A stretch of DNA of 64,000 nucleotides, taken from Felis catus (taxonomy: Eukaryota). Under the pieces are notes generated by a model, which was not told where the DNA came from, ran no database searches, and saw only the letters and a list, made by a program, of their open reading frames with translations. Location of the stretch: contig NC_058368.1 of the NCBI RefSeq assembly GCF_018350175.1, positions 170,192,001-170,256,000 on the forward strand. Reading direction: 5' to 3'. Every line of letters starts with the position of its first letter. Within the stretch, counting starts at the first letter, position 1. Shown here in pieces: positions 1-13,053 of the stretch. The translations under genes and the position numbers were made by a program.

Positions 1-139
1 TTAAAAAACAAAACAAACTCTCCTTAGGTGTGGCCATATGATTACATTTAAACCATTGAGTTTATAGCGGTAATGCTATGTGTACTTTCTATTAAGAAGA
101 CTTAGTAGAAAATGGATATAATTATTCACTTCTAAACCC

Positions 140-309
140 TCAGAATAGCAAAGAAAATGAACCTGCCTCCCCGAGAACCTCTTAATCCCAAAACCAACTT
201 TAGACTGCCTATTTCTGGATTTATTTTATGTGGGAGAAAAATAAATTTTCATTTTGTTTAATCTAATGTATTTTTTACTACATGTAGCCAAGTCTACTGC
301 TAACAAACA
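140..309 (+). mobile_element. MaLR LTR 3' fragment (MLT1J/K-like)
   Basis: gactgcctatttctggatt...gagaaaaataaat...tgtagccaa...ctaacaaaca resembles an MLT1 3' end. Confidence 0.5.
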
Positions 310-1176
310 AAGAGATGTAAAACAATTATTAAAAATACAAGGTATAATTTGACCAAGTCCACTGGAAAGGTACAAAAGAAAGTTCAGAAAAACATGAGGT
401 AACATATAAACAAGGAGTCTAGGTATTAGGGAAGATTAAAGGTTTAGTGTTGAAGCTTGCAAAAGTTAGTAAATTAGCCTTTCTGTTCCATATATTTATC
501 TTATATGTTCCACAACAGATAGCATATAGAAACATGAGAGGCAGAGAGAATATCTAATATCCTTATTCAATTGGACTGGATTATCTATTTGCTCTTTAAG
601 CCATTTATAATATTCTCTATACTTTCCTGCAAATAAAGAACAAACAGGTACATTTCATGTTGTCAGTATCATGATATCAACTGAATATTCTATTTTTTTT
701 TAATCTCACAAGCCTGATGGAAGTGGTAATTTTATCCGAGTAGGGGTTAACTAATTTTCAGTGACTGATATTTGGTGCATTAAGTAGCACCTGTCACCTA
801 TATTAACAAGGTATGAGATTGTTTTGGATGCATAGGGCTTTTCAGGAATAGTGAGGTCAGTGATACCTCTTTTGAAAACTATAGTTTGTTTAAAAGGATG
901 ACAGAAAGAAATAAAGAATGATATACCCAGCAGGATAAGTTATAGACCTACAAATACATCCAAAAGAAAGCAGGGCATGTAGATCTTCAGATTGATGATT
1001 TCTGAATTCTTCCTTCATTTTAAAAATACAACTGTGTTTTCTAAAAGATATAGACTAAACTTAGAGATAGCATATGTGAGAATAGATCAAATATAAATCT
1101 CCAAACATATCCTACCTAGAGCACTAAAAATAATATAATTTATCCTGGAGTAAGAAAAAGATGATTACGGCAAAAG

Positions 1177-2690
1177 TTTTTTTTTTTCAATATATGAAAT
1201 TTATTGTCAAATTGGTTTCCATACAACACCCAGTGCTCATCCCAAAAGGTGCCCTCCTCAATACCCATCACCCACCCTCCCCTCCCTCCCACCCCCCATC
1301 AACCCTCAGTTTGTTCTCAGTTTTTAAGAGTCTCTTATGCTTTGGCTCTCTCCCACTCTAACCTCTTTTTTTTTCCTTCCCCTCCCCCATAGGTTCCTGT
1401 TAAGTTTCTCAGGATCCACATAAGAGTGAAAACATACGGTATCTGTCTTTCTCTGTATGGCTTATTTCACTTAGCATCACACTCTCCAGTTTCATCCACG
1501 TTGCTACAAAGGGCCATATTTCATTCTTTCTCATTGCCACGTAGTACTCCATTGTGTATATAAACCACAATTTCTTTATCCATTCATCAGTTGACGGACA
1601 TTTAGGCTCTTTCCATAATTTGGCTATTGTTGAGAGTGCTGCTATAAACATTGGGGTACAAGTGCCCCTATGCATCAGTACTCCTGTATCCCTTGGGTAA
1701 ATTCCTAGCAGTGCTATGCTGGGTCATAGGGTAGGTCTATTTTTAATTTTCTGAGGAACCTCCACACTGCTTTCCAGAGCGGCTGCACCAATTTGCATTC
1801 CCACCAACAGTGCAAGAGGGTTCCCGTTTCTCCACATCCTCTCCAGCATCTATAGTCTCCTGATTTGTTCATTTTGGCCACTCTGACCGGTGTGAGGTGA
1901 TATCTGAGTGTGGTTTTGATTTGTATTTCCCTGATGAGGAGCGACGTTGAGCATCTTTTCATGTGCCTGTTGGCCATCCGGATGTCTTCTTTAGACAAGT
2001 GTCTATTCCTGTTTTCTGCCCATTTCTTCACTGGGTTATTTGTTTTTCAGGTGTGGAGTTTGGTGAGCTCTTTATAGATTTTGGATACTAGCCCTTTGTC
2101 CGATATGTCATTTGCAAATATCTTTTCCCATTCCGTGGGTTGCCTTTTAGTTTTGTTGGTTGTTTCCTTTGCTGTGCAGAAGCTTTTTATCTTCATAAGG
2201 TCCCAGTAATTCATTTTTGCTTTTAATTCCCTTGCCTTTGGGGATGTGTCGAGTAAGAGATTGCTACGGCTGAGGTCAGAGAGGTCTTTTCCTGCTTTCT
2301 CCTCTAGGGTTTTGATGGTTTCTTGTCTCACATTCAGGTCCTTTATCCATTTTGAGTTTATTTTTGTGAATGGTGTGAGAAAGTAGTCTAGTTTCAACCT
2401 TCTGCATGTTGCTGTCCAGTTCTCCCAGCACCATTTGTTAAAGAGGCTGTCTTTTTTCCATTGAATGTTCTTTCCTGCTTTGTCAAAGATGAGTTGGCCA
2501 TACGTTTGTGGGTCTAGTTCTGGGGTTTCTATTCTATTCCATTGGTCTATGTGTCTGTTTTTGTGCCAATACCATGCTGTCTTGATGATGACAGCTTTGT
2601 AGTAGAGGCTAAAGTCTGGGATTGTGATGCCTCCTGCTTTGGTCTTCTTCTTCAAAATTCCTTTGGCTATTTGAGGCCTTTTGTGGTTCT
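1177..2690 (-). mobile_element. Young felid L1 (L1_Fc-type), 5'-truncated: ORF2 C-terminus plus 3'UTR and poly(A)
   Basis: Track ORFs 2047..2655, 1714..2031 and 1409..1675 are consecutive ORF2 pieces broken by a TGA at 2047-2049 and a frameshift near 1714; poly(T) at 1177-1187. Confidence 0.97.
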
Positions 2691-2757
2691 GTATGAGTTT
2701 TTTAAATAGCTGTTTTATAATTCTTCATTTTTATAATTTCATAACTAATATAAAGGC

Positions 2758-3410
2758 AGTGGATGAAGAAAATGTGGTATACACTCACAATGGAATACTG
2801 TTAAGCCTTAAAAATGAAGGAAATTCCATCATATGCAACAGCATGGATGAATCTTGAGGACATCATGCTGAGTGAAAGAGGACACTCACAGAAAGGCAAA
2901 TACTGCACGGTTTCATTTACATAAGGTATCTATAATGGTCATATTCATAAAATCGAAGACTATAATCAAAGAGTATGGTTTCCAGAATATGAGGGAAAGG
3001 AGAAATTGGAGTTACTAACCAAGAGGCATAAAGTTTCAATCAAACAAGGTAAGTTCTAGGGGCGGCTGGGTGGCTCAGTCGGCTAAGTGCCTGGCTTCGG
3101 CTCAGGTCGTGATCTCGCGGTTTGTGGGTTCAAGCCCTGTGTAGGGCACCGTGCTGACAGCTCAGAGCCTGGAGCCTGCTTCGGATTCTGTGTCTCCCTC
3201 TCTCTCTGCCCCTCCCCCGCTCATGTTCTGTCTCTCTGTCTCTCAAAAATAAATAAACATTAAAAAAAAAACAAGGTAAGTTCTAGGAATCTATTGTACA
3301 GCAATGTACCCAGAGTCAACAATAATGAACTGTACATTTAAATTTTTAAGAGGGTAGATCTCATGTAAAGTGCTCTTTCCACGATAAAATTATTTTTAAA
3401 AAAGAAAAAG
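2758..3410 (+). mobile_element. Old L1 3' end (L1MA-like), interrupted by a SINE
   Basis: ggatgaagaaaatgtggtatac...gcatggatgaatcttgaggacatcatgctgagtgaaa...gagggtagatctcatg. Confidence 0.75.
3059..3268 (+). mobile_element. CanSINE (SINEC_Fc)
   Basis: tRNA-derived head, CT tract, A tail; TSD aaacaaggtaagttcta at 3042 and 3269. Confidence 0.95.
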
Positions 3411-4246
3411 ACAAATAGATACATTTGGTTAACTTCCATATATATATATAAAATACTCGGTGGTAATTTTAGATTTGTCAACACAAAAAGTTGTGAATTA
3501 AGATTGCCTGAATTCTATCACTAACATGAATGTAGATTTTTAAAGGAGTTAAATATTTTCCATGTATAATAAATACAACCTTGTTACTGTATACTTTTCT
3601 GAATAACCTTCACCAAGGTAAAAGTTATGCTGAAGATTTAATACAGTACCATTAAGAGTTTCAATTGGTTCTAAGATTCCAATTCACTTACATTTGCTTT
3701 TTAAAAAGGAATTATTGCTCTGTGCTAATGTTTTTTCAAAACCAAGTTAAAATGAATCAAAATATAGCATAAAAAGTTATTTTACAACTGAGACCTATAT
3801 TTCATTCACCACTATCATTGCATAACCAGATTAAGAAAATAATTCTCAACAGAAGAATGAAAAGAAGAATGTCATATTTACTTTCTTTCATTCATAGACA
3901 ACATTGAATGAAAAAATACTTGGGTCTCACATCATATTATAACACTGGAATAAATTATTACAAATTCTAAGTTAACAACATTATGACCTCCTAGCAAACT
4001 TAAGAGGCTAATTATAAGCCATATTGGAAATACATTTTTCATGTATTACGAAAAGTTTGCACAGGAGCTTGGCAGTAAGCAGAGATGGGAGATGATGGCA
4101 AAGTGAAGAGGTGGAGAAAGAGAACCAGTGCAATTATCTTCAAATATTTGAAGGGCTTGCATGTGGGAAATGCAATAGACTTTTTTTTTCTTATAGCCTC
4201 CAGGAGGCAAAACCTAAACCAAAGTTAGAAAAATAGATTTCATTTT

Positions 4247-4466
4247 TTTTTTAATTTTTTTTTCAACGTTTATTTATTTTTGGGACAGAGAGAGACAGAG
4301 CATGAACGGGGGAGGGGCAGAGAGAGAGGGAGACACAGAGTAGGAAACAGGCTCCAGGCTCTGAGCCGTCAGCCCAGAGCCCGACGCGGGGCTCGAACTC
4401 ACAGACCGCGAGATCGTGACCTGGCTGAAGTCGGACGCTCAACCGACTGCGCCACCCAGGCGCCCC
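4247..4466 (-). mobile_element. Young CanSINE (SINEC_Fc, CpGs intact)
   Basis: Perfect TSD aaatagatttcatttt at 4231 and 4467. Confidence 0.96.
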
Positions 4467-4567
4467 AAATAGATTTCATTTTAATATAAGGATGAATTGT
4501 TTATAGTGTTTAAAAGTGGAATGACCCGCTTTGGGAGATAGGGAGTTCCAGATCACTGTTGACTTTT

Positions 4568-4775
4568 TTTTCTTTTCTTTTTAAATGTCTATTTATTTTG
4601 AAAGAGAGAGAGAAAGTACGAGCAGGGAAGGGACAGAGAGAGACAGAATTCAAAGGAGGCCCTGCACTGCCAGCACACAGCCCCATGTGGGGCTCAAACC
4701 CATGAACCGTGAGATCATAACTCGAGCTGAAACCAAGAGTTGGATGCTTATCTGACTGAGCCACCCAGTGCCTCC
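4568..4775 (-). mobile_element. CanSINE (older)
   Basis: TSD tgttgactttt at 4557 and 4776. Confidence 0.93.
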
Positions 4776-5279
4776 TGTTGACTTTTAGGCAGAATATGCC
4801 TGTGGACTATTCGCAAATGGTCTAGCAGAGATTTGTACATTGAGTGAGACTACATGACCAACAAGAATTTTACTTTTCTATGATATATTTGATTCTTTCA
4901 TTCATTGTATGTTTCTTAGACAAGACACACTAAATCGGTGTCTGAAGGTTTCTCACAGAATACACCATTTTCAGGTGTTAATTTCACAACACATATTCCA
5001 GATAATCAAGGCTTGTTAAAAGCTTCTCATTTTATCATATGTTAACTAACATGAATTTAAAAAAAAAAACTATCATTTTAACACTCTGAAAACCAAAGTA
5101 GGCGCACAGAAGATGGTGTTTAAAATATAGAGTACAACACAAAGCTATGTTTCCCTCTTTGTAAAATTATATATAAATCACCTGACATAAATAGTCTCCA
5201 ATTGGATGCATAAAGGTCTGCAATAACAAGTAAGAGAGATATTTTCCTCTATGATTAGGACAGCATTTTAGCAGCTTGT

Positions 5280-5452
5280 TTAACAGCTAAATTTATAGGT
5301 TAGGTTTTCTGTAGGCTTAATAATACAGATTCCTACACTCCAGTTTTAGGATTTTTTGATTCAAAATTTTAGAACAAGTCCTAAGAATTCAGATTAGAAA
5401 TAAAGACCACACGTGACACAAAGTCTATGAAAATGCTTTTACAAACAGTGCT
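5280..5452. mobile_element. Possible MER5-like hAT MITE remnant
   Basis: atacagattcctacactccag...gattttttgattca...aagaattc pattern. Confidence 0.35.
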
Positions 5453-5564
5453 GTAGGATAATGACTGTCAGAATTTCTCACAGCCGTCTTCTTCACATTC
5501 TTCAACATGCAAATGGATAATTTTTAAAATTTTTCATTCAGCAGGTCAACTAACCTACTTAGTT

Positions 5565-5808
5565 CAGCATAGTGAGGTAGTCAGTATGGACTCTGAAGCC
5601 AGACTGCCTAGGTTAAGTCCCAGATGTACTGTTTCCTAAATATATTTCCTCAGACAAATAAACTCTTCATGTTTCAGTTTTCTCATCTGTAAATTGAGGA
5701 TTATATGAATATCTAGGTAGAGTCTCGTTGTAATGATTAATGAATTAGCCTAGAATAATACCTGACATATAGTAAGAGCTCAATAAATGTTAATTAACTA
5801 TTATCATC
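5565..5808 (+). mobile_element. MIR
   Basis: ggactctgaagccagactgcctaggtt...cagttttctcatctgtaaa...cctgacatatagtaagagctcaataaatgtta. Confidence 0.85.
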
Positions 5809-5958
5809 CTTTATGACCCATCAAGGCAAAATGATTCCCAAAATTGGAATTTCAACAGGGATCAAGCAAAAATTCTGTGCATTTAAATAAATTAATTTTT
5901 ATCACCTTCCCTCATGTTTTTCAAGCTCAAAATTGTCTCATCTAGAGACTATGCTGCC

Positions 5959-6044
5959 ACTATATTGTACACCCAAAACAAACATAACACTATGTTAACT
6001 AAGTGGAATTAAAAACTTATAAGCAAACAAGCAAATAAATAAAA
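5959..6044 (+). mobile_element. Short carnivore L1 3' tail fragment
   Basis: tatattgtacacccaaaac...acactatgttaactaagtggaattaaaa plus A-rich tail. Confidence 0.55.
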
Positions 6045-6149
6045 TGGAGTCTCTGTTGCAAAAATTTGTGTTTCAGATAAGGATTAGTCAGGCACCTGAG
6101 CATATTCAGATCTGCCTACAGCACAACACCCATTGGGAGGCATAACTGA

Positions 6150-6479
6150 ACTGCCATAACAAAAAACCATAGACTGAGAGTCTTAAAGATGGGAAATTTA
6201 TTTCTTTTCTAGCCAAATCCTTGGCTAGGATTTCCAAGATCAAGGTGCCAGCTGATTCTGTTTATGGTGAGGGCTCTTTTCCTGGGTTTTAGACGGCTGC
6301 TTTCTTACTGTGTCCTCACATAGTAGAGACAGTGAGCTCTCCAGTGTCTTTTCTTACAAGGACATAAATTCAAACATATCAGGCCCCACCATCGTTATTT
6401 CATCTCCGCATACAGTCACATTGTGGGCTGTGGTTTCAAGATACGAATTTTGGGGGACACAGTTAAGTCCACAGTAGCA
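6150..6479 (-). mobile_element. MaLR LTR (MLT1A/B-like)
   Basis: ctgccataacaaaaaaccatagactg...ccaagatcaaggtgccagc...tggtgagggctc...gaattttgggggacaca. Confidence 0.85.
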
Positions 6480-7019
6480 AATGTTAAATGTATAATTGGT
6501 ATTTATAAGCATACATAGAAATTTCTATTCAATCAACTAAAAGGCAGCGCTTCAATCACTGGCCAGAGACCTCACTCTAGACTTATTATATGTCTGATTC
6601 TATGAAAAGCTTGTGTGACACAAAATCACAGAATGAAAATGGAACATGCTAAATAGTCATTCTTCTAGATTCTTTAAGTTCTGCTCCCATATCAGATGAG
6701 ATCACCAGGAAATTATCTTCAAGGAAATTATTATTTTAGTGTCCTATAACATTGCCTTTATAAAACTATGATTTGAGGTTTTTTCCTATTAAAGCCTTGA
6801 TAACACGATTTGACTTATTAGTAAAAAGACTATTTATATATTATATATACCATTTAAAATATTTTTCACTGTCATTTATATCTTTATATATAAATAAAAC
6901 AGCATCCCCAGGATATAAAGTGTACATAGTACTAAGTGTTAGGAAAAAAATCCCTCCTCACTGATGTTTTCTCACTGTAATATTAACAACTACATTAACA
7001 ACCATAACATCTATTAACC

Positions 7020-7220
7020 TTTATTGAACCTTTCCTATGCACAATGTACTATGCCATGCATTTATATGTTTCTATATTTTTTCTTATAAAAAGCGTTATG
7101 ATATGAATAGTAGTCTTATCATAATTATCGAGTAATCATTCAGAAAAATTAAATAATTTGATGTAGGATTCCAAGATACAAATTATAGAATTAAAATACA
7201 AATCTGTGTGACTTCTGACC
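7020..7220 (-). mobile_element. MIR (degraded)
   Basis: tttattgaacctttcctatgc...gtgtgacttc. Confidence 0.45.
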
Positions 7221-7728
7221 AGTTCTCTCACTCTAAACAAAAAATTTACTTACTTGAAGGATAAAAGTATGGGAAAAAATCATTTTCAATTAAATACAGC
7301 AACAGCTCCAGGTTCTTTAAGTCGCTTTCCAAAAAAGACAAACCTATTTTCCCCAGTAATCATTTGACAATGCCTGCACAGATTATACTACTTTTGGAGC
7401 TTTTTCTTCTGTGGTCTTACAAAACTGGTGATCATTATCAATGATACAGGACAACCCAGACAAAATCATTTTCCTCATGTGGAAAAATCAATCAGTGATG
7501 CCGTAAGAATCAAGGTATAATGAATCACATCAACACAGTTTTTAAAACCTATCATTTGATGGTAAAAATAGTTGACTAGGCATTTGTACCATCATGTAAA
7601 GCAAAGGAACATATGGTAATGACTGATACAGGAAAGCCAAAAATCCTGTACGAACACGAGGAGGAGATCAAATGTTTATTTCCAGAGGGTGTACATTCTC
7701 TGGTTCTGACAAAGATGAAGAAAATTTT

Positions 7729-7940
7729 GGGTGCCTGGGTGGCTCAATCAGTTAAGCGTCTGACTTCAGCTCAGGTCATGAGCTTGTGGTTTGTGGGTTT
7801 GAGCCCCACATCGGGACTCTGTGCTGACAGCATGGAGCCTGGAGCGTGCTTCGGATTCTGTGTCTGCCTCTCTCCCTGCCCCTCTCCCACTCAACCTCTG
7901 TCTCTCTCTGTCTCTCAAAAATGAATAAACGTTAAAAAAA
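7729..7940 (+). mobile_element. CanSINE joined directly to an L1 3' fragment
   Basis: Full SINE body and A tail; no TSD seen. Confidence 0.93.
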
Positions 7941-8548
7941 AAAGTTAAAAATAGAACTACCATACAATCCAATAATTGCAATACTGGGTATTTACCCAAA
8001 AAATATAAAAACACTAATTCAAAGGGTTACATGCTATGTTTATAGCAGCATTATTTGCAATAGCCCAATTATGGAAGCAGCCAAATGTCCATCAATAGAT
8101 GAATGGATAAAGAATATGTGGTATATATACATATTATTCCTATTCCGTCATAAAAAAGAATGAAATGTTACCATTTGCAATGACATGGATGGAGCTAGAG
8201 TGTATAATGCTAAGTGAAATAAGTCAGAGGAAGACAAATAGCATATGATTTTACTCATGTGGAATTTAAGAAACAAACAAACAAAAAAACAAAACAAAAA
8301 AACGAGCAAAGGAAAAAGGGAGAGAGAGAAAAAAAACCCCACAAAACAGACTCTCAGTATAGAGATCAAACTGATGGTTACCAGAAGGGAGATTGTTGTG
8401 AGGATTAATTAAATAGGTGATGGAGATTAAGGGGCACACTTGTGATAAGCACTGGGTGATGTATGGAATTGTTGAATCATTATATTATATACCTGAAACT
8501 AATAAAACACTATATTGTAAAAATATAAAATAAAATAAAATATAAAAT
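7941..8548 (+). mobile_element. Carnivore L1 3' end (ORF2 terminus plus 3'UTR)
   Basis: aagttaaaaatagaactaccatac (KLKIELPY)...gatgaatggataaagaa...gcactgggtgatgtatggaattgttgaatca, then A-rich tail. Confidence 0.9.
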
Positions 8549-8613
8549 ACTTATTGCTATATGCAGATAGACACATTTAAGAAGTGCTTCTCAACAAGTT
8601 GAGAAACAATTTA

Positions 8614-8871
<258 letters not shown>

Positions 8872-9034
8872 CTAAAATGAGAAAATAGTTATTAGATAAT
8901 CAAGATATGCTCTGTCATAATTAAAACTACATACTGTACTCATGGTAAGAAATATCTTCAAATTTTATAGAGCTGCTAAAGACCATCACCAACTAATATT
9001 TCTAAAATGTACTCAATTGAAAAACAGGTTTTCT

Positions 9035-9258
9035 GGGGCGCCTGGGTGGCTCAGTCGGTTAAGCGTCCGACTTCAGCCAGGTCACGATCTCGCAGTCCGT
9101 GAGTTCGAGCCCCGCGTCAGGCTCTGGGCTGATGGCTCAGAGCCTGGAGCCTGTTTCCGATTCTGTGTCTCCCTCTCTCTCTGCCCCTCCCCCGTTCATG
9201 CTCTGTCTCTCTCTGTCCCAAAAATAAATAAACGTTGAAAAAAAAATTAAAAAAAAAA
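9035..9258 (+). mobile_element. Young CanSINE (SINEC_Fc)
   Basis: Perfect TSD gaaaaacaggttttct at 9019 and 9259. Confidence 0.96.
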
Positions 9259-9339
9259 GAAAAACAGGTTTTCTGTGGGTAGATTGCATAAAATCTACTT
9301 CAAGGAATAAAAACTACAAATATCTAAAAAGTTTATAAA

Positions 9340-9835
9340 GAACAACTTTTCAATTTCCTTGGTAATCAACAGAATGTAAATTAATCCCCTGAGATAGCAT
9401 TTTCCATATCATATTATAAAAGAATATTTTTTATATAAAGCTCAGTTCTTATGTGTGGCACTTTATACATTTTTCATAGGAAAGCAAGACAGTTATATCT
9501 TCTGGAGAGGAATTTGAACATCTTTTCTGAGATTATTAAAAGAAAGTTCATAGTCTATCACTCACTAATTTATGAATCTATTCTGAAGAAATAGTCATAA
9601 ACACAGATAAAGATTTTATTCATGAGATTTACCAGTTCAATATTGTTTGCAATTAACTGTGAATAATTAGAAACAAACTCACTGTTCAACAATGAAGAAA
9701 TTGTTAAGTTATCTCATGCAGACTAAAATGTAAGTTTTAACAATACGTAATTACAATAAAAAGTGTTTTTTGTAATATACTTTAAATTTTCTAAAAAAGG
9801 AAACTAAACCATGTATGACTGTATGTTCTCAAGTT
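9340..9835 (+). mobile_element. Ancient L1 (L1ME-like) remnant
   Basis: Degenerate ORF2-end motifs (ccttggtaatcaacagaatgtaaatt; tagaaacaaactcactgttcaacaatg). Confidence 0.4.
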
Positions 9836-9866
9836 TGTTAATACAATTTAAAGTTCCTCTCATGTA

Positions 9867-10073
9867 AGGAAGCCTGGGTGGCTCAGTTAGTTGAGTGTCT
9901 GACTCTTGATTTCGGCGCAGGTCATGATCTCACAGTCATGAGATCAAGCCTAGTATTGGGCTCTGCTCTGAGCGTGGAGTCTACTTGAGATTCTTTTTCT
10001 CTCCCCACTCTCTCGCCTCTCCCCCATGTTCTCTCTCTCTCTCTCAAAATAAATACATAAAAATTTAAAAAAA
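9867..10073 (+). mobile_element. CanSINE (older)
   Basis: TSD taaagt(t/c)cctctcatgta at 9849 and 10074. Confidence 0.92.
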
Positions 10074-10091
10074 TAAAGTCCCTCTCATGTA

Positions 10092-10142
10092 TGTGTGTGT
10101 GTGTGTGTGTGTGTGTGAGTGTGTGTGTGTGTGTGTGTGTGT
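10092..10142. repeat. (TG)n microsatellite
   Basis: About 25 TG units with one interruption. Confidence 0.97.
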
Positions 10143-10352
10143 AATCTATTTCCATACGTCTACATCTTTAACTATACCCATCTGTCTACCTATCCATATT
10201 GGGATATATGGTAAATGTGCATTTACTTTTATATTTAATTAAAAATTTTGTTAAAAAGTTATGCTCATTATAACCCCTAATATTATATTCAATTTAAATA
10301 GTGGCAAAAATAAAATTTGTTTTTCTTCAGGTCTTTTAGCACACGTAAATTA

Positions 10353-10523
<171 letters not shown>

Positions 10524-10917
10524 TTAATTAAGATAATAATAAACAATTTTTTAATGAAGAGAGTAATTGGCCAGAGATAATGAGTATCCCAGGTTATCAG
10601 ATACATTTACTTTTAATAAAGGCCAATATTAGTTGACACTAGTCATGATTAAAGTCTATAGGAAAGAGCCACATTTTGAAAGATATTCACATTCAGAGTA
10701 GTGTTATGTCAAAACTCTGAGAGTAATAAATACTACAAAATATCACATTTCTTCATAGATCCTGCATAACAAGCAATCAAGAGGTCTGATTCTAGAGTAT
10801 CCCCAAAGTGTCATAATAGATTTTGATTTTTAACTTTTTACACCTGATTCCAAGAGGTGAATTTAAAGAGTGTTTTCCTCTAAAACAAAAAGAGAACAAA
10901 TTTAAAAATGGTCTTCC

Positions 10918-11142
10918 GGGGCGCCTAGGTGGCGCAGTCGGTTAAGCGTCCCACTTCAGCCAGGTCAGGATCTCGCGGTCAGGGAGTTCGAGCCCCGCGT
11001 CAGGCTCTGGGCTGATGGCTCAGAGCCTGGAGCCTGTTTCCGATTCTGTGTCTCCCTCTCTCTCTGCCCCTCCCCCGTTCGTGCTCTGTCTCTCTCTGTC
11101 CCAAAAATAAAAAAAAATAAACGTTGAAAAAAAAATTTTTTT
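10918..11142 (+). mobile_element. Young CanSINE (SINEC_Fc)
   Basis: TSD aaaaatggtcttcc at 10904 and 11143. Confidence 0.96.
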
Positions 11143-11844
11143 AAAAATGGTCTTCCTAAACACTCCAACAGTTCAGATTATTTGATTTTACAAAAAGTGT
11201 AATTTCTCAAAATCTATATTTCAGTTTGATCAGAAGACTGTCAAGATTTATCTTTAAAATATTATATAATAACTAAAAAGTCACACAACAATTAGTTATA
11301 AATGTACATATACTTGATAGGTTCAGGAAATTATACATTTGGTGCTATTTTTACCCAATTGAAAAAGATATAGTTGGAAAGAGAACTGGTAAGAATGAAA
11401 ATGTGAAATTGACTCTACCTAGAGCTACATATTGTCTTGATTTTTAAGCCACTGATCAATTAAAGAGTTAGTATATTTTACAATTACATTTGACTTTCAC
11501 AACTGTGATGTTTCAGGCCAGTAAGTCAAGTTCATCATCATTATCAAAAGGAAACACCTCTAATCGTGGGCAAAAAGACAATTCTTTATATTTGAATAGA
11601 GCTTTACAGATCTCAATGTGCTTTCACATAAATTATCTCACTCATTGAACCCCACTTTTTGACACATTCAAGATCTTTTTGAAAGCTTTTCTTTTAAATA
11701 TTAGAAAATTGAGACATAAATAGATCTGGAGATTTACCCAAGTTCCTGTTTCAAGCTAGGTTAATGATAACTACAGTCTTCTTTCACTTATGGGTAATTC
11801 CTCTATTGCTTTTACAAACCATTATTTAAGTACACAGAAACTAG

Positions 11845-11949
11845 ACATTGTGGTGATCATTTGACAACATACACAAACACTGAATCATTATGTTGTACAC
11901 CTGACACTAATACAACATTATATGTCAATTTTTCCTCAATGAAAAATTT
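11845..11949 (+). mobile_element. L1 3' tail fragment
   Basis: tgtggtgatcattt...gaatcattatgttgtacacctgacactaatac...tatgtcaatt. Confidence 0.7.
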
Positions 11950-11964
11950 AACCTTAGTATGACA

Positions 11965-12843
11965 ATGCTGCCTACCTAATATTGTCTGTTCCTTCTTTTC
12001 AGAACTAAACCTCAGTTTTGTTCAAGATGGCAAAATGCTCAGTTAACACTGCTCCTCAAAATGGAAATATTCTATAATCGTGATTGTGAATGCACAGGTG
12101 TGTGTATTTGATCAAAGGCCATAGATCTGTACACATAAAATGTGTGAGTGTTACTGTATGTAAATTATATTTTAATAAATTTTGATTTAAAATATGAATC
12201 CCCACATTCTCTTGAAGCTTGGAATAGCCATAAATGTAGATTTAAGGCTAAATGAGATACAAATGGAAGTGTATTATGAAAGGCTTCCAGGTAAGCTATT
12301 ATTTTTCTGATGAAGAAAAAGATAGGGGCACCTGGGTAGCTCAGTCAGTTTGGGCATCTGACTTCAGCTCAGGTCATGATCTCACAGCTTATGGATTCGA
12401 GCCCCGCATTGGGCTCTGTGCTGACAGCTCTGAGCCTGGGGCCTGCTTTGGATTCTGTGTCCCCACTCTTCTGCCCCTCCCCTGCTCACACTCTGTCTCT
12501 CTCTCCTTCAAAAATAAACAAACATTAAAAAATTTTTAAAAGAAGAATAAGAAGATTAAATTTAGATAACAGGTGATTTTTTTTTCTCCTTTGCTCATCC
12601 TTTCCCTCCTGCTTGGAATACATACATGACACCAGAAGGTTGAGCAGCTGTCTTGCAACAATGAGGATGAAAGTCCAATACAAACAATGGAAGAAAAGGA
12701 AGCTAGAAGGAGCTTGATTTTCTTAAGTATCTGCATATTAATGGTATACTGCTTGTTATGTGCAGTAATTAAAGCTCTATTTAGTAATGCAATTGTAGTT
12801 AGGTTACTGTTAACATGCAGAAGAACTGAATCCTAACTGATAG
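11965..12843 (+). mobile_element. MaLR LTR (MLT1J/K-like) containing an old L1 tail (~12060-12195) and a SINE
   Basis: aaatgagatacaaatggaagt...cctgcttggaatac...gcagctgtcttgcaacaatgaggatgaaag...aatcctaactgata. Confidence 0.6.
12325..12540 (+). mobile_element. CanSINE
   Basis: ggggcacctgggtagctcagtc head, CT tract, A tail. Confidence 0.93.
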
Positions 12844-12860
12844 ACTCAACATGATGTTTA

Positions 12861-13053
12861 CAAGCATGAACTTGGAGTCAGAAAAATTATAGATGGAATC
12901 TTTACCACTAATTAAGTATATGACATAGGGCAATTTGCATACTCTCCTTTAGTCTTAGGAAGGGATCTCTTCATCTATAATACAGATAGCAAAACCTACA
13001 TTTCGGAGACTATTGTGAAATTTAAATAAAATACTCCATGTAAAATGGCTAGG
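12861..13053 (+). mobile_element. MIR
   Basis: cttggagtcagaa...tgacatagggcaattt...tcatctataa...ttgtgaaatttaaataa. Confidence 0.65.

Larger units (their letters stand above)
4130..4850 (+). mobile_element. L3/CR1 LINE 3' remnant, split by two SINEs
   Basis: tcttcaaatatttgaagggc...gcctccaggaggcaaaac...agatttc...aatataagga...tggaatg...gggagttcc matches the L3 3' region. Confidence 0.65.

Noticed and set aside
3059..3130. tRNA-like A/B boxes at SINE heads
   Set aside because: tRNA-derived SINE promoters, not tRNA genes.
7419..7548. Possible next TMEM232 exon (minus-strand AG...GTAAGA pair)
   Set aside because: Stops in all three frames and no match to the expected downstream peptide; the next exon is outside the window.
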